DNA from: an uncultured Methanomicrobiaceae archaeon
GTDB taxonomy: Archaea > Halobacteriota > Methanomicrobia > Methanomicrobiales > Methanoculleaceae
Assembly (NCBI GenBank): GCA_963826525.1
Contig: CAWGXH010000003.1
Span: 416,001 to 480,000, forward strand
Direction: 5' to 3'
Length of the DNA stretch: 64,000 nt
The notes beneath the pieces were generated by a model. That model worked only from the letters and a program-made list of their open reading frames with translations, searched no databases and was not told where the DNA came from. Each line of letters opens with the position of its first letter. Position 1 is the stretch's first letter. This document shows, one piece after another, positions 42,043-53,788 of the stretch. The position numbers and the translations under genes are program-made.

Positions 42043-43774
42043 TCAGGCCGTCGTCGAAGTGTTACCTCCGGGAAGGCCGAATGCGACGACGTATCCGCCA
42101 GGATTCTGGGTCTGTATGCCACCTGCGGGTACCAGGAGCACTCCGTTGCCGATGGACGGCCCGCCGACGGAGGCCTGCGAACCGAGCTGGAACCGCCAGA
42201 GTTCGTTCCCGGTATCCGCATCAAGGGCGAAGATGGAACCCGTAGCCCACTTCGGAGACCAGGTCGGGCCGCCGAAGGCGCTGTACTCGTAGGGTGTGCC
42301 GACCGTCGATACGTTGCCGCTGAAGACCACACCGTTCGTCACGAGAGGCGAGCACCAGGTGGGGGTGTAGGTGTCGTACTGCCACTTGATGTTGCCGGTC
42401 GCGGCATCGAGCGCCACCACGGACCCGTTGCCGATGCCGTTCGGCATCGCATCGAATGCCGGTTTCGCACTGCCTCCGGGGCTGGGCAGCGTGGAGAAGA
42501 TCATGCCCTGGTTGCTCACGGCGGCGTAGACGGTGCCGTTGTCGTCAGCCGCAGTGTAGGCCTCGATGCCGTCACCCGGTCCCGGCCAGGTCACCGGACT
42601 GCCGTTCTGCGTCGGCGTAGAATTGTCGTTCATCGTAATGGCGAGGTTCTTCCACCAGACGATCTCGCCGGTGTCCGGATTCATCGCCGCGATGTCTCCA
42701 TGTTTATCGTGGCCGATGACGTACTTGGTCGTGCCGTTCGAGGTGTTGACGGTGACCAGGTTCGTGCCCCAGGCGGTATCCCAGTCGTGGGTGTCGGGCG
42801 TCTGCACCGGGAAGATCGTGCCGTTCGCCACGAAGGGCGTCGCCCAGAGGATCGAGCCGTTGGTGCAGTCCACTGCAATCACGTTGCTGGTGTAGTTGTT
42901 GGCGCCCGGTCGGGTTTCTGCGTTAAAGTCCGGTGCTGCGTTGCCGACCGGCAGGTAGACGACGCCTTTCTCCTCGTCCACCGCTCCTCCTGACCAGGTG
43001 GTTGCCCCGCCATTCATGGTCGTGTTATTGCCCGTGACCCACGCCCCGACAGCGGTCTCGGTCTGCCAGAGCATGGAGCCGTTCTCCTTGCTGACGCCGG
43101 TCACCGTTCCCCTTGCCGGGAACCCGAACGGCGGATCATCGCCGAGAGCGGATCCCGCGATGATGACGTCGTTGCAGATGAGCGGGGGTGCGGAGATTCT
43201 CCAGGCGCTGCCGTTCTGGAGATTCGGAGACTCCCATACCCTCTCACCGGTCTCGGCGTTCAGCGCCACGATCGTTCCGTTCGCAATGGTGGGCACATAG
43301 AGGGTGCCGTTCTCGTAGGTCATCCCGTGAGCGGTCGAGACCCGCGGAAGACTGGCTCCGGCAACGAGCGTGACGTTCGTGTCGTAGAACCACTTCACCG
43401 TACCGGTGTTGAGGTCGAAAGCGATCACCTGGGCTCCGTTGTTCTCGACATACCCGGTATCGCCGACGATCAACGGCGGCGCTTCTACGGTATACTCGGT
43501 GTTCAGGATCCACTTCACCTGCAGCTGATCGACGTTATCTCTTCCGATCGCTGTCTGCGGGCTATACCGCGACATAGCATTGTCATAATTGGTCATCGGC
43601 CAGTCTTCGGGCGTCACCGTATAGGCGCTGCCCGCACTGCTGGTCGCATTGGTCGTTACGCTGGTGGTCTGGTTCATGTGGTTGGGTCTGATTCTCCTGG
43701 GCACACGCGCCGATCGGGAGCAGAACCGCCATCACCAGGGCAACGATCAATACGCCTTTCCAAATATCTTTCAT
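42043..43774 (-). CDS. Exported PQQ-dependent dehydrogenase-like beta-propeller protein 1; indel near 43680
   Basis: Signal MKDIWKGVLIVALVMAVLLPIGACA; DWPMTN...RYSP..IG..NV.QL; GGATTW; GNAAPDF; RPGANNYT; DTHDWD; repeated ALDA.TG...W. Confidence 0.88.
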
Positions 43775-44140
43775 GTGTGCATCTCCTGGCCCAGGGATGC
43801 GCGAATCGCTTGTCGTGTCCGGCGTGCCGAATGTACCTGGGTCTCGTGTAATAGGGTGTAATGTGATCGTACCGCTCCATCCGCAGGGTCAAGCCCTTTC
43901 CTGCACAACGGAATATCTAGATTTCTCTGTATGGAAGATAGCGCGAAATTATCTGATCAATTGCATAAAAATCGGGTGTCCTGGCATTCCGGTAAACGAC
44001 GAAATTTCCGGAGATTATTCAAAAGCATCCCTTCTCGACCGGCTTCGTTGTGACCCCCGGTCAGCGGTGAATCGCCGGTTTCCCTGCACATCAGGCGGGG
44101 CGGGTCACTGTGCAGGACGGTTGAAAAAGAAAAATTCGAG

Positions 44141-45193
44141 TTACGAATACCCGGGGGAATTCGGGGGGACGACGTACCAGAGGCCGCCGAACTGGTTCAG
44201 CCCCTGGCCTGAGGTCTGGCCCGGCGACGTATCCGCGGCATAGTAATACAGGGGCATTCCTTTGTATGCGGTCTGCTTCGACCCGTCACTCCTGGTAAAC
44301 GAGGTGAAGTCGGAGGCTTTCAGGTCGGACGGGACAGATATCGACGAGGCATAGAAGACCGGCCACACCCCGGTACATCCTCCGCTGCAGGAACTCTTAT
44401 CCCTGGAGTCGGTCGTGAAATTGTACAGCGTCCTTCCTTTCCCATCGACCAGGAATGTTCCCAGCTGGCTGGTCGAGCTGGTCTTCACGGTATACGACGT
44501 GGATGAAGACGTCCCCGTCGGGGTCGGGGTAGCCGTTGTGGCTGTGGTTGTTGCCGTCGCGGTCGGAGTGGGTGCGGCAGTCGTCGCCGTGGTGTTCGCT
44601 GCGGTCGTGGCCGTCGTGGTCGGGGTAGTTGTTGTTGCCGTAGTATTCGTTGCAGCCGGGGTAGCCGTGGTTACGTTTGCTGCTGTCGTGGTCGGGGTGG
44701 TCGTCGCCGTGGTCGCCGTGGTTGTGGGTGTAGCAGTTGCGGTTGCGGTGGCCGTCGTCGCCGCCGACTGCACGAAGACCTCAACCGAATCGGCGACGGA
44801 GGGGTTCAAGGGTGTGTTATCGTTATTGACCAGTTGGACTGCGAATACGTGGGTGCCCGGCTGGACATTCTCCCAGGTGTATGAGGTATCCGCCGTGGGG
44901 GGAGCGGTCCCTTCTCTCGTGATGGCAGGGCTGCCCGGCTCGATCGGGATCGAAGAGACGTCCATGTAATACAGAAGGTGCCCCTCGCCCGGGACGTTCG
45001 CCTGCCCGGTCTTGTTCACCAGCGTGATCTGGCCGACATCGACGGTCACCTGGACGCTGCCGGTAGGGATCTGCGCTCCGCTCTGAGGCGAGGTGATCGT
45101 CACCATCGGCTGTGCCGTCGATACACAGGCGGCGAGGATGGTGGCAATCGCCAGAATGAGAAAAGACAGGGCTATTACATGAAACCGGTTCAT
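44141..45193 (-). CDS. Lipoprotein: DUF4399-like Ig domain, Thr-rich stalk and COG4315 (Yx(FWY)xxD / Lipoprotein_15) domain
   Basis: Lipobox LAAC; GEGHLLYYMD; GRTLYNFTTD...C..GC...WP, R.DG..Q.AY.G.PLYYYAAD. Confidence 0.82.
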   Translation of the reverse strand: MNRFHVIALSFLILAIATILAACVSTAQPMVTITSPQSGAQIPTGSVQVTVDVGQITLVNKTGQANVPGEGHLLYYMDVSSIPIEPGSPAITREGTAPPTADTSYTWENVQPGTHVFAVQLVNNDNTPLNPSVADSVEVFVQSAATTATATATATPTTTATTATTTPTTTAANVTTATPAATNTTATTTTPTTTATTAANTTATTAAPTPTATATTTATTATPTPTGTSSSTSYTVKTSSTSQLGTFLVDGKGRTLYNFTTDSRDKSSCSGGCTGVWPVFYASSISVPSDLKASDFTSFTRSDGSKQTAYKGMPLYYYAADTSPGQTSGQGLNQFGGLWYVVPPNSPGYS

Positions 45194-45231
45194 GAGCGGA
45201 TAGTCCCGGAGATCTGATACAAAAATGTTTC

Positions 45232-46909
45232 TCACGGCGAAGCCCGGCACCCTGCCATGGTAACGGCGTACCCCTGGCCTGGAAGGGATCGTTCTCCGGC
45301 GTCCCCTGCAACGACCTGGGTCTTCCCGTCTCTGCCGGTAACGGGAGGTTTTCACCCCCGATCCGGAGCGCAATGATCGAAGGAGTGCCGTTCGAACCGA
45401 ATCCTCCTCCGGCGGGCCAGATTATGGTATCGTTGACGACGGCAGGCCATGCAGTGATGCGGTCCGGCGCAGTATAATTCCAGACGGCCTCGCCGGTCGT
45501 GCGGTTCAACGCGTATAAATTCCCGTCAAAGGTACCGGTAAAGACCAGATCGTTGACGACCGTGGCTCCTCCGACATCGACGGTGGGAAAGGTGCGTTCC
45601 CAGACGATCTTGCCGGTGTCGACCTCAATCGCAACCAGACTTCCATTGCCTTCCTGATAGGGTGGGATGTAGGGGGTTACGTTCCCTGCGAAGTACGCAT
45701 CGGACGACCAGTTCACGTAGAGGTTGTTGTATGCGGCAAACACGACCCCGTCGCTGTACGCCATGGGGGTTTCAACACCGCCCAGCGTACCCGGATAGAC
45801 CGTTGTGCGTCCGGGGGGAAGGGCTGCCAGCTGGTCGTTCTGATGCCTGCCGACGACTGTTTCCCAGAGGATGAAGCCGTTCGTCCGGTTAAATGCGTAG
45901 ACCCGCCCCATTTTGCCCGCCCCGATCACAATGTCCTGATCGAGGCCGCTGATGTTTGCGGAGGTCAGTATCGGGGGAATCTGGAAATCATAGTCGAAGA
46001 GGCCGTGCGGGACGACTTGCGTGTACCAGAATCATGCTGCCGGTCGAGTGGTTCAGAGCGAGAAGGCAGTTCGTATAGAGATTCGGGCCCGGCCGGCTCG
46101 CCCCGTTCGGGTAATCCTCGGTGCCGACGAAGGGTGCGGGGTTCCCGGTACCCAGAACATGATGCCGGTAGCCGGATCGATGGACGGGGTATACCAGCAT
46201 CCGCCGCCGCTATTGATCTCAGGGTGCCCCCAGAGATCGGGCGAGTCCACGGTGCTGATGTTCCAGACAACCTCCCCGGTCTCCTGATCCAGGGCGGTGA
46301 TCATCCCGATGCCGCCGGGGGCATAATCTATGTCCCCGATACCCGGTACGGTCGATGCGTACACCAGGCCGTCATAGACGGCGGGCTGAATATCGATCCC
46401 CGTGGTCGCCACGTTCGAGAGCCTCGTAGACCAGATCTCCGAACCGGTGGTGGCGTTCACGGCAGTCATCGTATACACGCCTCCGGCAAAGAATACCTTT
46501 CCCCATCCGACGGCAGGACCGTTTGGCCCGAGCACAAGTTCGGACGTGGGTTCAGAGCGCCATCGCACTGCACCGGTCCGCAGGTCGATAGCAGAGACGT
46601 TGGCTCTTCCGTCCTGGAAATAGACCGTATCACCCATGATAATAGGATTGCTCTGGGCGCCGCCGAACGGATTGGTGCCCGTGATGTTCCGCGACCAGGC
46701 GAGCTTGAGATCCGTGACCGTTGTGGAGTTGATGGGAGAATGCATGGTAGCCCGGGTATTGTTGTAATCAAAGTTCGGCAGCGGCCAATCATTGGCGTAC
46801 GTGACCACCTCCGGAGGAATGGCCGGGTTTGCGGGCTCCGCAGCAAGCGCCGGAGAGGCAATGAGCCAGAGGCTCAGGATAACCACGCAAAAAGCGATCT
46901 TCCGATGCA
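45232..46909 (-). CDS. Exported PQQ-dehydrogenase-like beta-propeller protein 2; several indels, 3' end approximate
   Basis: Signal MHRKIAFCVVILSLWLIASPALA; DWPLPN; GGGCW; GTGNPAPF; RPGPNLYTN; PHGLFDYDFQ; GAGKMG. Confidence 0.82.
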
Positions 46910-47249
46910 TAATGGGGACAGCATCCGAAACCGGATAGATAAGCATTCCCCCTGCTCCCCGGACGGTGTGCCGGGTACTCACCGAGGTCATCCCGAAATT
47001 CCCGTGCCGGGAGGGGGCACCTCCTCCCGGACTCACGCATCCTGCTGCAATAGTCGGCAGTGCGGCGGAGAGAAGCACGACAGAGAGGAGAATCCTTCAG
47101 TGTGCCGCAGATTCGGTAGGTTCCGTCGTATGTTTCGCCAGGGCGGGCTGTCCGCGGATCGTCGGCCGGTCATTGATGCGAGGCAGAGTCCTGTCGTCGG
47201 GAAGGCTCGACATCCTGATTGCGGAAAAAAAAGACGGGATCTGTCCGGG

Positions 47250-48032
47250 AACCCTGCATGCCGAGCCTGCCCGGTCACGATCCCGGCGTCACCGTGGGCG
47301 TGACGATATACGTGACGTTCCCGGGCCCCACCGATCACCTCTCCCGTCACGGTCGCGAGCGGGGTAATGGTCGGCAGCGGCGTAATCGTTCCGAGAGTGA
47401 GTATGGGGCCGGAGGCCGTTGTCGGCGGTACGGTTGCTCCCGGTCCCACGGCAATCAGCTCCGCAATACCCACTGCGGGCGGATCGAGCGGGGTAGTATT
47501 CGTCAGGACCAACTGTGCGGAGAAGTTGTGAATACCAGGTGTCAGATTATGCCAGGTATACGTGACATTCGTTGAGATTGCCGTAGAACCCGTCGCACCT
47601 TCGGGGAGGACGTCCGCCTTCGTATCCAGGGCGGTCTGCGGTGCGGCGTCGAGGTAGTAGACGATACGTCCCTGATCGTACGTGCTTGAGATGTTTTCAT
47701 ACGTCGATGTCAGGCTAAAGTTCTCCACGAGGACCTCAATGGTCACATCCGTCGAGGGGACTGCACTATCATACTGCGGCGATAGTATCGTGATCTTCGG
47801 GTTGCCGCTGCCTGGTACTACTCCCGGCGTCATGCCCGCTGCAGGCCCTGCAGGCTGCGTGGTCTCTGCCGGCGCCGTCGTGGTTACGTTTGCTGCTGCC
47901 GTGGTCGCGGGAGGTGTGGGTGTCGCGGTTGGGGTGACGGTGCCGTGGCGTTTCCTGATGGGCTCGTGCATCCCGCTCCGAGACAGAAGGCCCCGAGAAT
48001 GAATATGATTGCCAATATCCCGGCTTTTTTAT
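47250..48032 (-). CDS. Lipoprotein with Thr/Pro-rich stalk and DUF4399-like domain, paralogous to the N-terminus of the 44141 gene; ends approximate
   Basis: KKAGILAIIFILGAFCLGAGC; PKITILSPQ...GRIVYYLD...YTWHNLTPGIHNFSAQLV. Confidence 0.6.
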
Positions 48033-48287
48033 ACCTGGTGGCGAATGATGCCCTCGTGCCATATATGCTTTCCCGTCATCTACGGTCGACCGCCCCGTGA
48101 ATCGATCCGCACAACCGTGCTGTCGGCACTCCTCCGCAATTCAGGTGCGGATGGTTTCACGAGAACGAAAGAGATCTCGACTTTCGGATGACCGGGCACT
48201 CTCCGAAGGGTATACCGGTGCCGGCCGAATACGATCGGCGGATCAAAAGAAGGTCGGGGTGGTTCCCCCGTCCCCGGCGACCCTGGC

Positions 48288-48738
48288 TCAGGTTACGATG
48301 AACTGTCCGGTCATGATTCCCGGGTGGACGTCGCACCGGAAGAAGTAGGTGCCGGGCTGGCTGGGTGCGGTGAAGGTGTAGGTCGTGGTTGCAGGACCGG
48401 TGATGATCTCGCCTTTGAAGATGGCGTTCTGGGCGGCAGAAGTGTCGTAGACCGCGAAGTTGTGCTGGATGCCGGAGTCCTCGTTGGTGAAGTCCACCGT
48501 CACGTTTGCCCCTGCGGGTACCGTGATCGTGCTCGTGTTATATGCGATGTCCTTTGCGATCAGCCCGATGGTCACGCTCTGCCCGCCTCCGGTGGCTGTT
48601 GTGGTGGTCGGGGTTGTGGTGGTCGGGGTTGCCGTTGTCGGCGTGGTCTGGTTTCCTCCGGAGGAGGAAGTTACAGCCGGCGATCAGGACGACTGCCACA
48701 ACCGCGAGGAGTATCATAATTCGATATGGTGACGCCAT
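48288..48738 (-). CDS. Lipoprotein cupredoxin (plastocyanin/halocyanin-like type-1 copper); indel near 48660
   Basis: Lipobox LIAGC; QHNF...CDVHPGIM; nearly identical to the cupredoxin domain at 36480-36770. Confidence 0.85.
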
Positions 48739-48976
48739 GGGCGAAGACGGGACGTTGTGCATAATAAATGTTGCGCCTACCCGTGACGGATGCTCATGGC
48801 GCTTGAGGATAAAGGTCTCCGGGAAAAGTGTGCCGTGCGTCGGACACTTCCTCCTCGTGCCGGTTCGTTCGTTTCCTGCGGCCTCGCCGGATCGCCGGCT
48901 TCTGCCGGCACCAGGTGAGCGGGTCGACCGGTTTTCCGATCGGTGCCGGTTGAGGGCAGGAGTTAAATACAAGCCG

Positions 48977-49354
48977 ATGGCAATGGCGACCATGGCACGG
49001 TTAACCTCACTGGAGGGTCTGAGTACGGAAGCGAAGATCGGTAAGGTCGTGGTGCTGATCTCGATCATCCTGAGCATTATCGCGATCATTCTCATCCTCT
49101 TCATCGGGACATTTGCTCTCGACATGCTGCGTGCTATCCCCGGCATATGGGTGACCGGGATCTTTATCGTGGCGCTGATAAAGGTGATCGCGGTCGCACT
49201 CGGGGTCCTCTCACTGCAGATGACGACCGAGAATAGGTGGAAGCGGGCAGGAGTCTACGCCCTCATCGCCAGTGTCGTGCCGCCGCTCGACCTGCTCATG
49301 CTGCTCGGCGGAATCTTCTTCCTCACCAGCCCCGAAGCCCGTTCTCAATCCTGA
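48977..49354 (+). CDS. Hypothetical membrane protein
   Basis: 3-4 hydrophobic segments; TATA-like TTAAATA upstream. Confidence 0.55.
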   Translation: MAMATMARLTSLEGLSTEAKIGKVVVLISIILSIIAIILILFIGTFALDMLRAIPGIWVTGIFIVALIKVIAVALGVLSLQMTTENRWKRAGVYALIASVVPPLDLLMLLGGIFFLTSPEARSQS

Positions 49355-49468
49355 CCGGATGCAGGCATGGCGGGAGCAGGGATCCGGTCATGCGGGCCGC
49401 CGGCCGGATCTTTTTCTTTCCTGATGGACGGATGACGCGGTGAAAGGCGGGAAAACCCGCAGTCCCGG

Positions 49469-51917
49469 TCACCTGGCCCACCGGATCTCGCCGTGATCGA
49501 TGAGTTTGTAGACGCGAACTTTCACCCAGTCCATGATCACGAGCTCCTCGACGATGGAGTACAGCCAGACGATCCCGGCCAGGTACCAGCCGATCGGCGT
49601 GACCCCGATACCGACGGCGACGATGACGGTTGCAATGGCCTTGGTGATGATGGCCGACCAGAGCAGAGCCGAACCCGGCCTGATCGACCAGAACGGCCCT
49701 CTGGTGCGGGAGACGAAGATCGTGAGGTGCCCCGCCACCGCCAGCTTCAGGAAGATGAGCGACTGGACGACCGCAAGGCTCAGCCCCAGCGTTACGTAGG
49801 CCAGATAGAAGAGAATAATCGTGGCGATGACACCCACGAATCCGATGAGTGTCGCAAGGGTGATGATCTCCCGCATCTTCCACTGTTCCGGAGACTGTGA
49901 GTAGAGGACGTTATCGTAGGCGATGGTCATGATCGGGAGGTCGTTTAAGAGCGACAGGAGCACGATCAGCAGTGCGGTGATCGGGAAGACGTTGAAGATG
50001 ATGATGATGGACGTGACGAAGAAGAGCACGCGGATGGTCTCGGCGATACGGTAGATCACGTAATGCACCATGCGCTGGAAGATTCTCCGGCTCTCCTTGA
50101 TCGCCTCGATGATCACCGAGAGCCCCGGTTTCGTGATCACGATCGATGCCGCCGATTTCGCCGCATCGGTGGCACCGGCGACCGCGATGCCGACATCGGC
50201 CTTCTTGAGGGCGGGTGCGTCGTTCACGCCGTCGCCGGTCATGCCGACGATGTGCCCCCGGGACTGGAGGAGGGAGACGATACGGTACCTATGTTCGGGG
50301 AAGACCTCGGCGAAGCCGTCCGCCTTCTCCACGATCTCCCCCGCCTCGGTGTCGTGCTCGTTCAGGAAAGCGTCGGCGGTGGTGATATTCGTCTTTAAGT
50401 TCACCTCTTTTGCGATCTCTTTTGCGATCGCCACGTGATCCCCGGTGACCATCTTGATCTCGAGCCCCATCTCCTCCGCCGTCTTGATGGTCTCCGCCGA
50501 ATCGGTCACGGGGCGGATCGTAGAGCCCGAGCACCCCGACGTACGTCCAGGTATCCCCGTCGCCGCTCCGTGCGACGCCGAGCATCCGGTATCCTTTTTT
50601 CGCAAAGGTATTCGAGAGATCGTCGATCTTCCCGCCGATCTCCTCGTTCCCGCCCGTCAGTTTCTGGATCACCTGGGGAGCGCCCTTCGCCACCTTAAAC
50701 TCGTTGCCCTCGCCGTCCCGCACCGTCGCCTCCGTGCGTTTGACCACGGGATCGAAGGGCTTGAACGCGGCAACGGTGTAGGAGCCGAGTTTCCCTTTGA
50801 GGCCCTGCCCCTGTTTCGAGTCGATGATCGCGACATCGATGGGGTCCTGATCCTCTTCCCTCGATGCGAGCAGGGCATCGAGCAGCACATCGTCCTTCCC
50901 GGCATCGCCGAACGGCACGATCTCGGAGAGGGTGAGTTTGTTCTCCGTTATCGTTCCCGTCTTGTCGGAACAGAGGATATCGACGCCGGCCATCTCCTCG
51001 ATGGCAACCAGTTTGCTGACGATCGCATTGTACTTCGTGAGCGCCACCGCTCCGACGGCCATGGTGATCGACAGGACGGCCGGCATGGCGGCAGGAATCG
51101 CCGCCACGATCAGGACGAGTGCGAACTGGAGCGTAGAGAGAATGCTCTCCTGCCGGATGATTGCGACGAGAAACGTGATTGCGACCAGGCCGATTGCGAG
51201 GACGATCAGGTAATCCCCGATCTTCAGGACGGCTTTCTGGAAGTGGCTGACCGTTGCCGCCTCTTCGGCAAGTTCGGCGGTCTTCCCAAAGAATGTCTTC
51301 AGTCCCGTCGTCACCACGACACCGGTCATTTCGCCCTGTTTTGCGATGGAGCCGGAGTAGGCGACATCCGATGCGTGTTTCTCGACCGGCAGCGACTCCC
51401 CGGTCAGTGCGGATTCATCTGCCGAGAGGTAGTCTCCTTCCACGAGCTTGATATCGGCGGGAATGATGTCCCCCATCCGCACCCGGACGATATCGCCGGG
51501 GACGAGCTCCCGTGCAGTGACCTCCTGCCATTTCCCGTCCCGCAATACCCGTGCTTTCACTGCAAGCCGTTTTTTAAGCATTGCAATGGCGTTTCCCGCC
51601 TGGCGGCCCTGCCAGAAACCGACGACTGCGTTGATGAGGAGCAGCGCCAGGATGAACGCGAAATCCTCCCACTTCTGGGTGACTGCGGAGATTATTACCG
51701 CAGCCTCGATCATATAGGGGATGGGGCCTCTGAAATACTGTAAAAACTCAAGAATCGGATTTCTTTTCGTTTCCGCGAGCTCGTTGTATCCGTACTGCTG
51801 AATCCTGTTCTGCGCCTCCGATGCGGAAAGACCTTTCCGGCTGGTAGACAGGGCCTGATATACGTCATCCACGGACGCTGATTTGGCATCGTCCGTGCTG
51901 ATCTCGTCCTTCCCCAT
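49469..51917 (-). CDS. Plasma-membrane proton-efflux P-type ATPase (P3A); indel near 50515
   Basis: LTGESLP, IPAAMPAVL, DILCSDKTGT, KGAP, DPPR, GDGVNDAPALKKA, NDLPIMTIAYD. Confidence 0.93.
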
Positions 51918-52014
51918 GAACCTCCCCCCTGCCCTCTTACTGCCGGGAGTATATTAAATGCTGGTGCCGCCGGAAGAACCTGCGATGCTCCCTCTCTGCC
52001 GGGCGTATCCGGCA

Positions 52015-53788
52015 GCTCGAGCAGATACGCTTCCGAGGCGTATCTGCGCATCATCACGTGGCTGTTGAAGTAGTACGCAATCAAACCGACGGCGTTCTTC
52101 ATACGGTGCGTCCACTCGTCCTCCATGCTATAGTAGAGGGGCAGAATGACGTACTCGAGTTTGTTGTAGAGATCCCGGAGCTCCTGCGCTCTCCGCTGCT
52201 CTTCGGTGACCGGTTCATCGGGTCCCGGGCCAATCGCCCAGCCGGTGACGCCTTCGACGCATCCCTCGACCCACCAGCCGTCCAGGACACTGAAGTTCAT
52301 GACGCCGTTAAACGCTGCCTTCATCCCGCTGGTCCCGGACGCCTCCATGGGGGGGAGCGGAGTATTCAGCCAGACGTCCACGCCGGACGTGAGTTTTCCT
52401 GCCAGGTCCATGGAGTAGTTCTCCAGATAGACCACCTCGATCTCGCCCTTCAGCCGATCGCGGAATGCATAGATGTCCTTGATGAGCTGCTTGCCGCCCT
52501 CGTCATGCGGGTGCGCCTTTCCGGAAAAGAGCAGTCTGGATCGGCCATTTTCGGTTGATCTCCTTCAGCCGTTCGAGGTCGGAGAAGATCAGGGTTGCCC
52601 GTTTGTACCCGGTGGCCCTGCGTGCAAACCCGATCGTCATGGCCTTTGGATCCAGGTTCACTCCGGTCGATCCGCGAACGTCGTCGATGAGTGCCTCTTT
52701 TGCCTTTACATGGGCATCCCAGATCTCCTCGTTCGGGATCTTCCCGACCCGCACGAGCAGTTCGGGTTCGTTCGCCCACCCGCGAATGTATCGGTCGAAC
52801 AGTTTTCGAAACTCGGGACTGGTCCAGGTGAACGGGTGGACGCCGTTGGTAATCTCGCGAATGTGGTATCCGTGAAAGAGCTTCTGGGAGTACTCCTGGT
52901 GGGCTTTGGCGACGCCGTTGTGGTATTTGCTCATGTTCAGCGCGAGAAGGGTCAGGTTCAGCCGGTCCTCGCCTCCGTACTTCTTCAGGGTGTCGATGGG
53001 GAAGTCGAGCGCTTTTCCGACATCGTCGTACGAAAAGGTATCCATTGCAGCGGCAACGGGCGTATGGGTCGTAAACACACACATATCGCCTGCCGTATCG
53101 GCATCATAGCCGTTCATCGTCATGAGCTCGAGGGTGAGAAGGCTGGAGTGCCCCTCGTTCATGTGGTATCGTTCTACCCTGAAGTTCAGGGCTTTCAGCA
53201 TCCTGACGCCGCCGATACCCAGCACGATCTCCTGCCTGAGCCGATAAGCACTGTCGCTGCCGTAGAGGTAACTCGTAATCTGCCGATCGTCCGGCGCATT
53301 CTCCTCCAGATCCGTATCGAGGAGGATGACCGGGAACCAGGCCGCCCACCGGGCTTTCATGGTCATGGAACCAGGCACGGATACGGACGTCCCGGCCATC
53401 GATGCGTACGGTGACCGTCCGAGGGCAGGAGCCGCATGTACTGAGCGGGGTCCCATTCGTCCGGAAGTTCCTGCTGCACCCCGTCCCCGGTTATCTTCTG
53501 CCTCAGGTATCCTTTTCTGCTGACCAGCGTGACCGCGACGAGCGGAATGCGGAGATCCGCACTGGATCTGACCGCATCTCCGGCGAGAACTCCCAGTCCT
53601 CCGCTGTACGTCGGAATGTCGCTCTGTAATCCGATCTCCATCGAAAAGTATGCGATGCGCGAACCTTCCAGAAAACGGCGCCTGTGAATCTCACTGTCGA
53701 AGTAGTAGGTCTTCCCCCAGGCATCCGCCTTGTACTGTGCCGTTTCGGTGTCGACCGGGCTTCCGGATATGGGATCTTTTACAATCAT
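52015..53788 (-). CDS. glgP: Alpha-glucan (glycogen) phosphorylase with an N-terminal YHS-like domain; several indels
   Basis: [10 protein letters not shown]...[55 protein letters not shown]; N-terminal KDPISG...GKTYYFDSE. Confidence 0.9.

Noticed and set aside
44515-44765. Low-complexity repeat as a DNA element
   Set aside because: Explained by the Thr/Ala/Pro linker coding sequence
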